The position numbers and the translations under genes were made by a program. A stretch of DNA of 64,000 nucleotides from Chiloscyllium plagiosum (Eukaryota), in assembly GCF_004010195.1 (NCBI RefSeq), contig NC_057751.1, forward strand, positions 2,944,379-3,008,378. The letters are read 5' to 3'. Below, in pieces: positions 1 to 10,309 of the stretch. Numbering within the stretch: position 1 is the first letter of the stretch; every line of letters starts with the position of its first letter. The notes under the pieces were generated by a model. The model was not told the origin of the DNA and ran no database searches. It worked only from the letters and a program-made list of their open reading frames with translations.

Positions 1-155
1 CTCTGGTCAGTGCCCTTCTCCGAGGGGTTTGATGGATATGGGCCGGGTGCTGGCAGGTGGGACTAGATCAGGTTGGGATAGCTGGTCGGCATGGACGGGT
101 TGGACCGAAGGGTCTGTTTCCGTGCTGTACATCTCTATGACTCTATGATTCTATG
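1..155 (+). mobile_element. CR1-type LINE 3' end
   Basis: ...ggaccgaagggtctgtttccgtgctgtacatctctatgactctatgattctatg: CR1-like 3' UTR with short tandem tail; related ends near 10900 and 35000. Confidence 0.75.
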
Positions 156-183
156 TCACCGTTGTCGAACTGTTAATGCTGTC

Positions 184-314
184 GAGGTAAAAACAATGAC
201 TGCAGATGCTGGAAACCAGATTCTGGATTAGAGTGGTGCTGGAAGAGCACAGCAGTTCAGGCAACATCCGAGGAGCAGCAAAATCAATATTTCGGGCAAA
301 GGCCCTTTGTCAGG
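184..314 (-). mobile_element. Short Penelope-like terminal fragment (family A), degenerate hammerhead
   Basis: Same sequence family as 2824-2954; flanked by AATGCTGTC (175-183/315-323). Confidence 0.75.
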
Positions 315-1733
315 AATGCTGTCTGCCTTTCAGACACCTGTAACAACTGCTTTATCCACATTGTTGCACAGAATCCTATTCTATCTCTCACCCAGTCAGA
401 CAGTACTATCCTCTCTCATCCATGACAATTTAAAGCCTCATATCACTAGCCGACAGAGAGTGAGGATCCTACTGAGTGGAGACCACTCTTTCTGAGGAAG
501 CTCAAATGCTTGAGGCTTCACAGTTGTATGACTCAACAGATCATTGTCGGTGTTATTGGTGTGAACCAGAAACTGTACTGTTTGTCCTTTTTGGCAAAAT
601 ATGCATGTCTGTCAACAGTGTTCTCCAGAAAGGTTTTGTGTGATGTGAGTCAGATTGTGGGAAGATTCTGAAGGTCCTCCGGGGTTGGCAATTCTGTGTT
701 GGCAACAGTATGGTCAAACCGTTTGTGCTCTTCCCCTCAGGTGCACACCTGGAAGCGGAGTGTCACACAGGACTGGAAGTACACAAGGTCTTGTGTCAGA
801 CTGGGTCAATGTGGCCCCACCTGAGCCAGAGATTGCACATTGAAGTCTCACTCCAGGATTCGATGGCCACAGACACTGTGTTCACAACCTGGCCAAGCAG
901 AATGAGTATTAGTGTGTAAATCCTTCCAACCTGCCTGAGGCAGCAGCTGTGTCAGTGTGTGTGTCGGTGTATGTCTGTGTGCGTGCAGAGGGCAGCGTCC
1001 TGGTCAGCTTAAAGCAGAGGGTGACTGCAGCCCAACAGCCTCTCCATGGTTAAAACCTCCACACGCAGGTTACTGCCCTGGGCTGTACTGAATGCAGATT
1101 GCCCCCTACATTTGGAGGAGCTATCAGAAGGTAGAAGGCTGGGAGCCATGACACAGGTGATGGTCCACATTGACTGAGGACCACGTGCAAACATTTTGTT
1201 TGGCTGCTCTCCATCCACACGTAGGGGAGCTGTATTCTGTCGGAGAGTGCACAGGAGCAAGCCAACAAGATGGAGGCTTCTCCTTCTGGGGTCTGCCATC
1301 TTCCTTTTCAGGGGTTCACAAGCTGCAAGGCTGATTCAACTGTTCACCTGAGGAGCATCATTGTTCCAACAGCCGAACCAAGTGTCATCAAACACAACGG
1401 AGCTAGGAATAATCAGGGGCCAGCTATTTCATTGGAATGCTGAGCCAGCTGACATTGGTTTCGGCCTCAATGCAGGAATTTTACACCGGGATTGCGGCAT
1501 GTCTGGAGGGGCAGAGGGTGAGGGGTTCAAATCAAATCAAGTTCACTGCGAAACAAGGAAGAGATTGAAAGTGATGGTCACCAATAAGATGGGCCAAACA
1601 ACCTGGCACACAGCCACTGTGGAGATTCAGTCAGGCACGGACAAAATAAAATGTTCCCATATTGAGGAAGTCATCCTTGTTCTTATACTAAGTACTTTAT
1701 TCACTCTGTATGCCATTGTGCAACTACTCAATG

Positions 1734-1955
1734 AGGAGAAAGTGAGGACTGCAGATGCTGGCGATCAGAGCTGAAAATGTGTTGCTGGAAAAGCGCAGCA
1801 GGTCAGGCATCGTCCAGGGAACAGGAGAATCGACGTTTCGGGCATAAGCCCTTCTTCAGGAATTCCTGAAGAAGGGCTTATGCCCGAAACGTCAATTCTC
1901 CTGTTCCCTGGATGCTGCCTGACCTGCTGCACTTTTCCAGCAACACATTTTCAGC
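1734..1955. mobile_element. Palindromic Penelope-like end insertion (family A) with 15-bp TSD
   Basis: Inverted arms 1769-1862/1863-1956; TSD TGCAACTACTCAATG at 1719-1733 and 1956-1970. Confidence 0.85.
1866..1893 (+). ncRNA. Minimal hammerhead ribozyme motif
   Basis: CTGAAGA-A-GGGC-TTAT-GCCC-GAAA-CGTC; mirror copy on the - strand at 1832-1859. Confidence 0.7.
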
Positions 1956-2259
1956 TGCAACTACTCAATGCCTGTTCTCTGTCAACTCTATTTATAGGAG
2001 GAAGCAGGCATCAGGTTGAGTCTATTGAAAGTCTTCTCTCAGAAACGAGACCACTGCCTTTTTAGCATCCATCTTCACTGGGGAATTCCTCTGATACCTG
2101 AACTGACAGTTTGTTCCAAAAGATTTATCACTTTGAGTCAAGAAATTCTTCTTTATTACCTGCTTTGAAATCTCATTGACACAGTTTTCCCCCACCAATG
2201 CAAAATCTGCTACAATGTTCAAAGTTGTGTTTTTTTAAACTATTTGCCTAATTGGGTCA

Positions 2260-2515
2260 GAAATCACACGACATCAGGTTAGAGTCCAAAAGGTTTATTT
2301 GAAATCACAAGCTTTCAGAGCGCTGCCCTTTCATCAGGTGCTGTACAGAAGCAAACAGACACAGAATTTATCAGCAGAGAAATCAAAGGATCATACAAAT
2401 AGTGTGAGTGGAGTGTCCAAAGGATGAATAACAAGTCTCTGCAAAATGATCAGATGGTGTGACTGAGTTAACAGCTGGATAGCCAGTGAAGGGATGACCT
2501 GTAATCTGATTACAG
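2260..2515 (-). mobile_element. Penelope-like terminal fragment (family B)
   Basis: aaatcacac..caggtt..gtccaa..ggtttatttg..gctttc..tcatcaggtg family, as at 20925 and 29345. Confidence 0.7.
2306..2340 (-). ncRNA. Minimal hammerhead ribozyme motif (family B)
   Basis: Reverse complement: cac-CTGATGA-A-AGGGC-AGC-GCTCT-GAAA-GCTT-gtg; cac/gtg closes stem I. Confidence 0.7.
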
Positions 2516-2823
2516 ACATTGCTCGACCCCATGTTACAGCTACAACAAAAGGCGTCCAAAAAGCAACATCAACAGAGGAAACAAGACAGAAACTGGAACT
2601 GTTGGAGTCCGGACTTTTCACTCTCACAAGTGCAAAGACACTGGACAGCACAACAGCCTTTAGCATCCTCCCCATTTCAGGTACCTCTCCATCCATGCTT
2701 TTTGTTTGGCAAGTTCCTTACCTGTATCTGCGTGTCCCTCGTCATGTTTTATTCTTCCTTCAGGTCGTAACACTCCCCTTTCACTTGTCAGAACCTCGGG
2801 ACTGCCTCCCTGTTTTGATCTGG

Positions 2824-2954
2824 GTAAAAACAATGACTGCAGGTGCTGGAAACCAGAGTCTAGATTAGAGTGGTGCTGGAAAAGCACAGCAGGTCAGGCA
2901 GCATCTGAGGAGCAGGAAAATCGACGTTTCGGGCAAAAGCCCTTCATCAGGAAT
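2824..2954 (-). mobile_element. Short Penelope-like end insertion (family A) with 16-bp TSD
   Basis: TSD CCCTGTTTTGATCTGG at 2808-2823 and 2970-2985. Confidence 0.85.
2923..2950 (-). ncRNA. Minimal hammerhead ribozyme motif (intact core)
   Basis: Reverse complement: CTGATGA-A-GGGC-TTTT-GCCC-GAAA-CGTC. Confidence 0.72.
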
Positions 2955-3551
2955 AGAGGCTGTTTTGATCCCTGTTTTGATCTGGTTAACTAAAACAAAT
3001 TGAAGTGAACATTTTTTAACCATTGTTGGAATTGATCCTGGAGGGGTTTAATAAAAGAAGGGAGAGTGACCTCTGCTCACGGTCATAATGTGATCGGTGG
3101 AAGTGGTTGTGACATTTCACTTGTGAATCACTAACACTGATAGACACGGCAATGTTAAGGTGGATGAAGTTTGTAATGTTACCCCTACTCCCCACGGCCT
3201 GATTTTCAACAAGATCACTCTGTCTGGAGAATACCCCCAAGAAACCAAGCTGTAGAGAGCAGGAAAAGTATGAGCTGCTTCACCCATCACTATATCGCAG
3301 TGTGAGATCAGTACACACATGCAGTCACACTGCCAGTTTTGCCCAATTATTCATATAGATTGTCCCTTTTTGTTTATTTATAGGCAAATCATTGACAAAG
3401 TGCACATAGGAGAACCACCAGTCTTTTAGAGGTGGCAGGAAACCCAGCCTTCTGCCTGAGAGAGTTTTTGTGGGAGTCAATTGCTGAACTGGGTAACACT
3501 GTGGCATGTGATATGTGCCAGACAGTGGGACTGGGCACTGGGCTGAAGAAT

Positions 3552-3635
3552 TATCCTGAAGAAGGGCTTATGCCCAAAACGTTGATTCTCCTGTTCCTTT
3601 GATGCTGCCTGACCTGCTGCGCTTTTCCAGCAGCC
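3552..3635 (+). mobile_element. Short Penelope-like end fragment (family A), hammerhead GAAA mutated to AAAA
   Basis: atc-CTGAAGAAGGGCTTATGCCC-AAAA-CGTT-gat followed by the family tail. Confidence 0.75.
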
Positions 3636-4819
3636 AACACTTTCCCTGACATCTCCAACGTTGTCATCGATGAAGACTGGAAAGAAAAGACATCGTTTAT
3701 AAAAGAAGTCTGGTCGTGCTCAGGTGGTTCCTTCATTCCTGTACAATCCCACAGTGTTGATAATCCTGAATAGACTTTTGCAGCTCATTGGCACGGTTGG
3801 CCATGTGGTCCAAGCCAGTGGAACCAACTGTAATGCCAGCTTCAGTGCAATACACCCATGGGAATGCCAGAGCAGGGTTACCAACTCAGTTTGCACACAT
3901 TCTTGGAGTTTTCTTCTCGTGAAAGTCCCTCCACTTTCATTTTGGACAACTGGTTCCCCCTTCCAAAAGCTGTTCTTGGACAATAGTATCTGTCTTTGTG
4001 ATGGCACCGGTCAGTTGTTAAATCCCCAATCGTGTTGGTGTCACACTTGGTCCCACAATGTGCTACTGCACCTCAGATTGGTGGCATCACTGACACTGTC
4101 TCTTTCCATCTCCATGTCTTCACTCAACTTCACTCGGTTTCAGCCCGGCTGCTCCTGAATCCCTTGTGGCTTTGTGACCTCTGAACCTGACTATTCCTCC
4201 ACATCCCTGGCTGGTCTCCCACATTGTAAACTCGTGGCTAAACTGGAGATCGTCCGAAACTCTGCAGCACATGTCTGACTTGGCAACAAGTCTCATTGCT
4301 CCATAGCCCCACCACATGAACGCTGACCCACACTCGCCCTTGAACAACTCTCATCCTGATGTTAAATCAAAGCAAAGCCCTGGAGATGACAGAATAAAAG
4401 CAGAAAGTGCTGGAGAAATGTATTAAAAATATTAAGATCATAAAACAAGGAGCAGAATTAAGCCATTTGGCCCATCAAGTCTGCTCCACTATGCTTATGG
4501 CCGATATGTTTCTTCAACCTGTTCTCCTGCCGTTTCCCATCTGGATGGGTGTATGAATAGGAAGGGTTGCGAGGGATATGGGCCAAGTGCTGGCAAGTGG
4601 GATGAGAGGGATGTAGAATATTTGGTTAGCATGGACGAATTGGACCGATGGGTCTGCTTATGTGCTGTACAACTCTATGACTCGAAACCCTTGACCCCTC
4701 ATGAATCAGTCTGTGGAGGGACAAACAGAGGTAACATTTCGAAGCCAGTGTAAATCTCCTTCTGAACTCACCAATATCTGCAGAGCTGTTCCAGCACTTC
4801 TGACACTTTTCAAATCTCC

Positions 4820-5396
4820 CCATGATCTTGCCTTCCCTCTCTATCCCACCCCCACCACCAGAAATATATTTCCCTCCGCTATTCCCCCTGTGACTCCCTT
4901 GTCAGGTCCACGTCCCCCCACCAGCCCACCCTCCTGTGCCAGCACCTTCCCCTGCAGGAACTGCAAAACCTCCACCCACACCTCCCCTCTCACCTCCATC
5001 CAAGGCCCCAAAGGAGCCTTCCACATCTTTCAGAAATTTACCTGCACATCCACACATGTCATTTACTGTATCTGTTGCACCTGATGTGGTCTCCTCTACA
5101 TTGGGAAGAGAGGACGCCTCCTAGCAGATTGTTTCAGAGAACATCTCTGGGACACCCGCACCAATTATCCCCACCGTCCCATGGCTGAACATTTCAACTC
5201 TCCCTCCCACTCTGCCGAGGACATGCAAGTCCTGGGCCTCCTCCATCACCACTCCCTAATCACCCAATGCCTGGAGGAAGAACGCCTCATATTCCACCTT
5301 GCGACCCTCCAACCCCAGGGCATCAATGTTGACTTCACCAGTTTCCTCATCTCCCCTCCCCCCACCTTATCCCAGTCCCAAGCCTCCAACTCGGCA
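4820..5396 (+). mobile_element. Penelope-like retroelement, GIY-YIG endonuclease region
   Basis: One frame: TFPCRNCKT...FTCTSTHVIYCICCT*CGLLYIGKRGRLLADCFREHL...MAEHFNSPSHS...EEERLIFHLATLQPQGINVDF; single in-frame TGA at 5082-5084; runs into the N gap. Confidence 0.9.
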
Positions 5397-5476
5397 NNNN
5401 NNNNNNNNNNNNNNNNNNNNNNNNNNNNNNNNNNNNNNNNNNNNNNNNNNNNNNNNNNNNNNNNNNNNNNNNNNNN
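5397..5476. other. Assembly gap (80 N)
   Basis: Run of n. Confidence 1.
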
Positions 5477-6315
5477 CCAGATCCGCTGAGTTTCGCCAGC
5501 AATTATTATTATTCCACAGTGAGTATCTCCCAGTCAGCTGAGAAATACTCACCAGAAGGTGAAATAGGAAGAAGGACATTGAGTAAAAGCACAGTCCCAC
5601 TGGATAAGAACTTTCTTTTCCCCACTGCTGACCCGGGCCTGGCAGGAAGCAGAGTCTCAAACAGAAATTGCTCAGTGCTGCAGAATTCCCCGTCATCTCC
5701 TGACACTGCGACAAGCAGAACTGAGCAGCGAAATTACAGGGTCACTCAACAAAATCATCAACATTTTGGGGAGAGAGAAAATGAGGACTGCAGACGCTGG
5801 AGATCAGAGTTGAGAGTGTAGTGCTGGAAAAGCACAGCAGGTCAGGCAGCATCTGAGGAGCAGGAAAATCGACATTTCGGGCAGGAGCCCTTCATCAGGA
5901 AGGGCTCCTGCCCGAAATGTTGATTTTCCTGCTCCTCAGATGCTGCCTGACCTGCTGTGCTTTTCCAGCACTACACTCTCAACTCTGATCTCCAGCGTCT
6001 GCAGTCCTCATTTTCTCTCTCCCCAAAATGTTGACGATTTTGTTGAGTGACCCTGTAATTTCGCTGCTCAGTTCTGCTTGTCGCAGTGTCAGGAGATGAC
6101 GGGGAATTCTGCAGCACTGAGCAATTTCTGTTTGAGACTCTGCTTCCTGCCAGGCCCGGGTCAGCAGTGGGGAAAAGAAAGTTCTTATCCAGTGGGACTG
6201 TGCTTTTACTCAATGTCCTTCTTCCTATTTCACCTTCTGGTGAGTATTTCTCAGCTGACTGGGAGATACTCACTGTGGAATAATAATAATTGCTGGCGAA
6301 ACTCAGCGGATCTGG
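5477..6315. repeat. Long inverted repeat: 417-bp arms, 5-nt spacer
   Basis: 5477-5893 is the reverse complement of 5899-6315 with 2 mismatches; centred on a Penelope-like end. Confidence 0.95.
5871..5898 (-). ncRNA. Minimal hammerhead ribozyme motif at the palindrome centre
   Basis: Reverse complement: CTGATGA-A-GGGC-TCCT-GCCC-GAAA-TGTC. Confidence 0.65.
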
Positions 6316-6485
6316 CAGCATTGCTGGAGACAGAAAGCAGAGTTAACATTTCAGGTTCAGTGACCATGAAGAAGGGTCACTCAACCCAGAATGTTAATTC
6401 TGCTTTCTCTCTGCACGGATGCTGCCAGACCTGCTGAGTTTCGCCTGTAATTTCTGTTCTTGTTTCAGATTTCCAGCAACCCCAG
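6285..6485. mobile_element. Older palindromic Penelope-like end pair
   Basis: aaactcagcggatctggcagca..gcagagttaacattt / aatgttaattctgc..tgctgccagacctgctgagttt. Confidence 0.7.
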
Positions 6486-6504
6486 TTCTTGGGGTGGGGT
6501 GGGG

Positions 6505-6770
6505 TGGGGTGGTGGCTCAGTGGTTAGCACTGCTGCTTCACAGCACCAGGGACCTGAGTTCATTTCCAACCTCTGACCACACAGGTCTGTGTGGAGGTTT
6601 GCACAATCTCCCCGTGTCTGTGTGGATTTACTCCTACAACCCAATGATGGGGCCAGATTTCAATTACCCCTAATGGGCTGACTACCATGGGAACTGTAGG
6701 GATTGAGTGGGATGCCCTTCAGAGAGTGGGTGTGGGTCCAGTGGGCTGCTTCCATCCTGTCGGGATGAGA
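6505..6770 (+). mobile_element. tRNA-derived SINE (HE1/V-SINE-like), degenerate
   Basis: gtggctcagtggttagcactgctgc A-box head and V-domain-like body. Confidence 0.8.
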
Positions 6771-6774
6771 TGGT

Positions 6775-7620
6775 TTTATTTTTAAACTTACATGATTTTC
6801 TTTTTAATAAACATTTGAATTAAATCAGAACTGACAATAAAAACAGCTATTAACTTGAGTAGAATGCTGCTTCAAAGTATGGTACTTTCAATATTGGAAG
6901 TTAAAATACAAAATCATACAACATGATGACACGATCTGACAGCAATAAATGCTTCTTTTCAAACATTTTGATTTTGTCTACCTATCCACAGATTTTCCTA
7001 ACTTTCTGCGTATTCCTTCTTCCTATAAATTGAATAATTATTATTTGAATACTAACTAAATTTAAGTGAATCTTGGCAATTAAATGCTGGCAGGTTTTTG
7101 TGAATTGTTCACACCAACTCTAAATACTATGAGTCATTAGCTTGGTTACAATTTGTAATATTTCTGAGAACTTTTAATTTCTCAAGTATCTTCTGTGAAG
7201 GCACAAACACAGTCCCCATCTCCAAATAAGTTATTTTATTATCATGCAAGTCAAACAGATATAGTAGCAATAAGGTCTGGATTCAATTCCTCATTCTGAG
7301 CTACCAAACCCATCCACACTGTAGTGAAATGATCCCAATAGAAGTTCCTTAATCTCCCATAAGACAAGATGAAGGACATAAAAGTCACAAAGAGCCACCT
7401 ACAAAAGTGAATTATAGCAGGTTTCTACACATCCTCTTGATTACATGAGATGCATGATTTGGGAATTAAATGGAGTTGGGGTGAGTAAATGATTTGTTTT
7501 AAGAACATGAAATCTCATCACCATGCTTTCCTGAAAGAAATTGCAAAAGAGAAGCCTTTGCTCAATTTCACTGAAACATAAATACAGGTACTACATTGCA
7601 AGTTTAACTGCAACATAAAT
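6775..7620 (-). mobile_element. Possible old AT-rich L1/Tx1-like LINE 3' fragment
   Basis: Minus-strand remnants such as KQIIYSPQLHLIPKSCISCNQED and LIWRW resemble the C-terminal zinc-knuckle region; T-rich tail at the left. Confidence 0.35.
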
Positions 7621-7699
7621 GCTTAACACTTTCAATGACCATTCCTATGAGATGGTTTTATTTCAGTGTGGGACAATGTTTGATGATTTGTACTGATAG

Positions 7700-7860
7700 G
7701 TGGGTCCATCCAATGAGCTGGCTGCAGTTTGAGTTTGGAACAGAGCAGCGAGTTATTTCCGTGAGTGGAATGAATCATTCAGGATCTGGGACTGACTCCT
7801 GCCTGTTGGCTCTTTAAGGCTGGTTCCGCCCATTTCATTTAAGACAGCAGCCATCTTCAG
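7700..7860 (+). promoter_or_regulatory. Putative anxa4 promoter
   Basis: CCAAT 7710-7714, GC box CCGCCC 7826-7831, TATA-like CATTTAAG 7836-7843 and YY1-like GCCATCTT 7850-7857 directly upstream of a consensus donor; motif inference only. Confidence 0.45.
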
Positions 7861-7927
7861 TGAGGAACTCACTCACTCACACACAAACTCCCAGCTCTCC
7901 AGCCGCCCACAGCAGTCGGAGTTTCAG
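7860..7927 (+). other. anxa4: Putative non-coding exon 1 of anxa4 (5' end approximate)
   Basis: Consensus donor CAG|GTAAGT at 7927/7928 after promoter-like motifs. The ATG exon has its own acceptor, so an upstream non-coding exon is required. Confidence 0.55.
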
Positions 7928-8339
7928 GTAAGTTTTTCACTCCGCTTTTCTCAAAGGGTGAAGTGAGCCGGAGAGTTTCCCCAGTCAGGGGGACAAAGTC
8001 CAGGCAAACTGGCCTTTCTCTCTCAACTGGCCGTGCACTTCATGGGTTGTTTGATCGGAGATTGGTTTTTGAAACACAGCAGTTTGTACTCTCGTTGTGA
8101 TTGGGACAGAAATAGGGCGACTCCCTTGTTGTCTGTGTTACACTTTGCTGCTGTGCACTTGGACTGTGTTGACTTCAAACCTGACATCTTTCCTTCCTTC
8201 CATTTTCACCAGTGAATGTTGAATTTTCTTCTGTCTCTTTCTCTCTCTCTCCCCCTGCTAGTCTTCTCTCCCATTGTATTTTGTAGCATTGCAGGTGAGA
8301 TACACCTGCTGCCCCGTGGAAGTGGGTGTGCGTTTCTAG

Positions 8340-8495
8340 CTTGGCAGGTGGATGCCTGGACTACTCAGTTTCCCCATGTGGTCTGCTCTACATCAGGGAG
8401 GTGCAACACAGTCTGGGTGACTGCTTTGCACAGCACACATGTATCTGGCCACAGCAAAGACCCTCAGCTGCCAATTGCTTGCCCCTTCAACACAG

Positions 8496-8497
<2 letters not shown>
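8340..8497 (+). mobile_element. Penelope-like GIY-YIG fragment
   Basis: [20 protein letters not shown] resembles CGLLYIGETKRRLGDRFAEH. Confidence 0.7.

Positions 8498-8498
<1 letters not shown>

Positions 8499-8525
<27 letters not shown>
8499..8525. repeat. (TG)n microsatellite
   Basis: Direct observation. Confidence 0.95.
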
Positions 8526-8527
<2 letters not shown>

Positions 8528-8697
8528 GGAGAGAAAAGAGCTGACATTTCAAGTCTAACTGACCCTTTGTCAAAGGGTCAGTTAGTCTTAAAACATCAGC
8601 TCTCTTCTCTCCTTACAGATGCTGCCAGACCTGCTGAGATTTTCCAGCACTTTGTCTTTTGGTTTCAGATTCCAGCATCTGCAGTAATTTGCTTTTA
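8523..8697. mobile_element. Palindromic Penelope-like end insertion
   Basis: Inverted arms centred at 8570 (gaccctttg-t-caaagggtc), then the gatgctgccagacctgctgag tail. Confidence 0.75.
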
Positions 8698-10309
8698 TAC
8701 TGTGTGTCCCCTGACCAACACCTGGGTCTGAGACTTGTTGCAGTGCTCCACTTGAGCTCAGCACAAGCTGGGAGGATAGCATCTTGTTTTGGGCTTCAAG
8801 ATCCTGTCGCCATCTGGACTCAAGATTGGGTTCAATTGTTTTAAGGCCTGAACACCTTGTAGAGTGCAGCCAACCTGTTTTGCATCTGCTTACTGTTCCC
8901 ACTAGCAGCTAGTCTCCTTCCCAGGTTCACATTACTCATCCACTATATTTGCCTTCTCTCCTTCTGAGCTCCACATGCACCTGTGCTCTCTCACCTTTAA
9001 CAGCCAGTCCCTGTCTTTAGCATATTTACATCAAACTTTGTTTTAACCACCCAAAATGACATTTCTGAAAGACAAGAAGTTTGCAGCATGATCACAACCT
9101 CCCCAAAGTCAGAGTGGTCAGTTGAGACAGCGAGCGAGTGAGAAAGCTGCATGCCAATATTTAAAACAAAGTTGCATGACTATTATTTGTGACTTATGCC
9201 ATAAAACATGCCAGGGATGTGAATGCTCCCTGTGTTATATTTGTGATAGTGACGGTGGTTTTATACTGATTGAGTATAAAATGAGCAGCTAGCACTTTCC
9301 TATCCCATAGATGCTGGTGAGGAAAACATTGGCTGTTTTCCAAACTGTTGCTAGGTTTATAGAAGGGTCCCTGGACCTGAAACATTAACTCTGCTTTCTC
9401 TGCAGTGTTTCTGCCAGACCTGTTGAGTTTCTCCTGCACTTCCTGTTCTTGTTTCTGCTTCGAACAGCCTTGCAGATGGGAAGGCTTTGTCACCTTGCTA
9501 GTTTGGTCAAGCTTATCGCGATGTTCGGTCTCCTTGGGGCGAGTGAGTTTTGAACAGTCTAAAATGTTAATCAAGCCCCTACTCTTCCTGCTGTGGTTTC
9601 AGCTTCATTCGACATGGTTTCATGCCCAGCTTTCACTGTGTCATGTACTTTTTATTCTTATTGGATGGGTTCTGATTATTCCAGATCAGGAATAGGTTGT
9701 CTTGTATGTTAGCTTCCAGAGTTCCTCACCTTTTCAAAATGCCTTTGATCCACCTGCTCACTGACATGCAGCCCCTGTTGGAAAAGCAGCAGCCCTGAGT
9801 TTACCCTGAGTTGGCTCCCACACCCAGCTATGTGACTGTCCTGCATTTGGTGCCTGTAATCCCTGGTACTGTGTATTTCTCCATTAGTTTCCAGTTTTGT
9901 CAGCACGCTGTGCTGCTGCTCCTGATCCCTCACTGGGGAGCAGCTTCACTGAAGTAAGCTGACCTGTTTCATGGCCCAGTCACCAAGAACCTTGTGCATT
10001 GGCTTTTGCAAATTCCTAGCAGAGAGAAATTTGTTTGTGGGTTTCCAGTCAGTTGCTGACCACTATCAGTGCAGAGCCTCAAACATCACACCACACAGAC
10101 TGTGTACACTTGATGTTGGTGGGGGCCCCTTTTGGGGTGCAGTACAGAGTTGTGGCTGCCCTGTCTTTGGACCAGGAATGCTCTCTGCAGCCAAACATTG
10201 TACTCTTCAGTCTGTTCCTTCACTTTATATGGGCTGCACTGCACGCAAAACAAAACTTCTCACTCTACTGAGGTACATGTGACAAAAATAGATAAATGAA
10301 TCAAATTAA

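Larger units (their letters stand above)
2020..3900 (-). pseudogene. Possible heavily decayed LRR(-Ig)-transmembrane receptor remnant
   Basis: Collinear motif-like fragments in shifting frames: VYCTEAGIT, LDHMANRANELQ, GLSTLW, HDQTSFINDVFSFQSSSMTTLEMSG (24-aa LRR spacing), LSGRRLGFLPP, NWQCDC, TLTLPC, DEGH, hydrophobic stretch; many stops and frameshifts. Confidence 0.25.

Noticed and set aside
500..1700. SRCR- or protease-like fragments on the minus strand (RVEVL, FARGPQSMW, VWMES..LSQC)
   Set aside because: Partial matches occur in incompatible frames and in no coherent order; likely chance
5509..6321. Identical ORFs on opposite strands as a duplicated gene
   Set aside because: Simple consequence of the palindrome; no protein features
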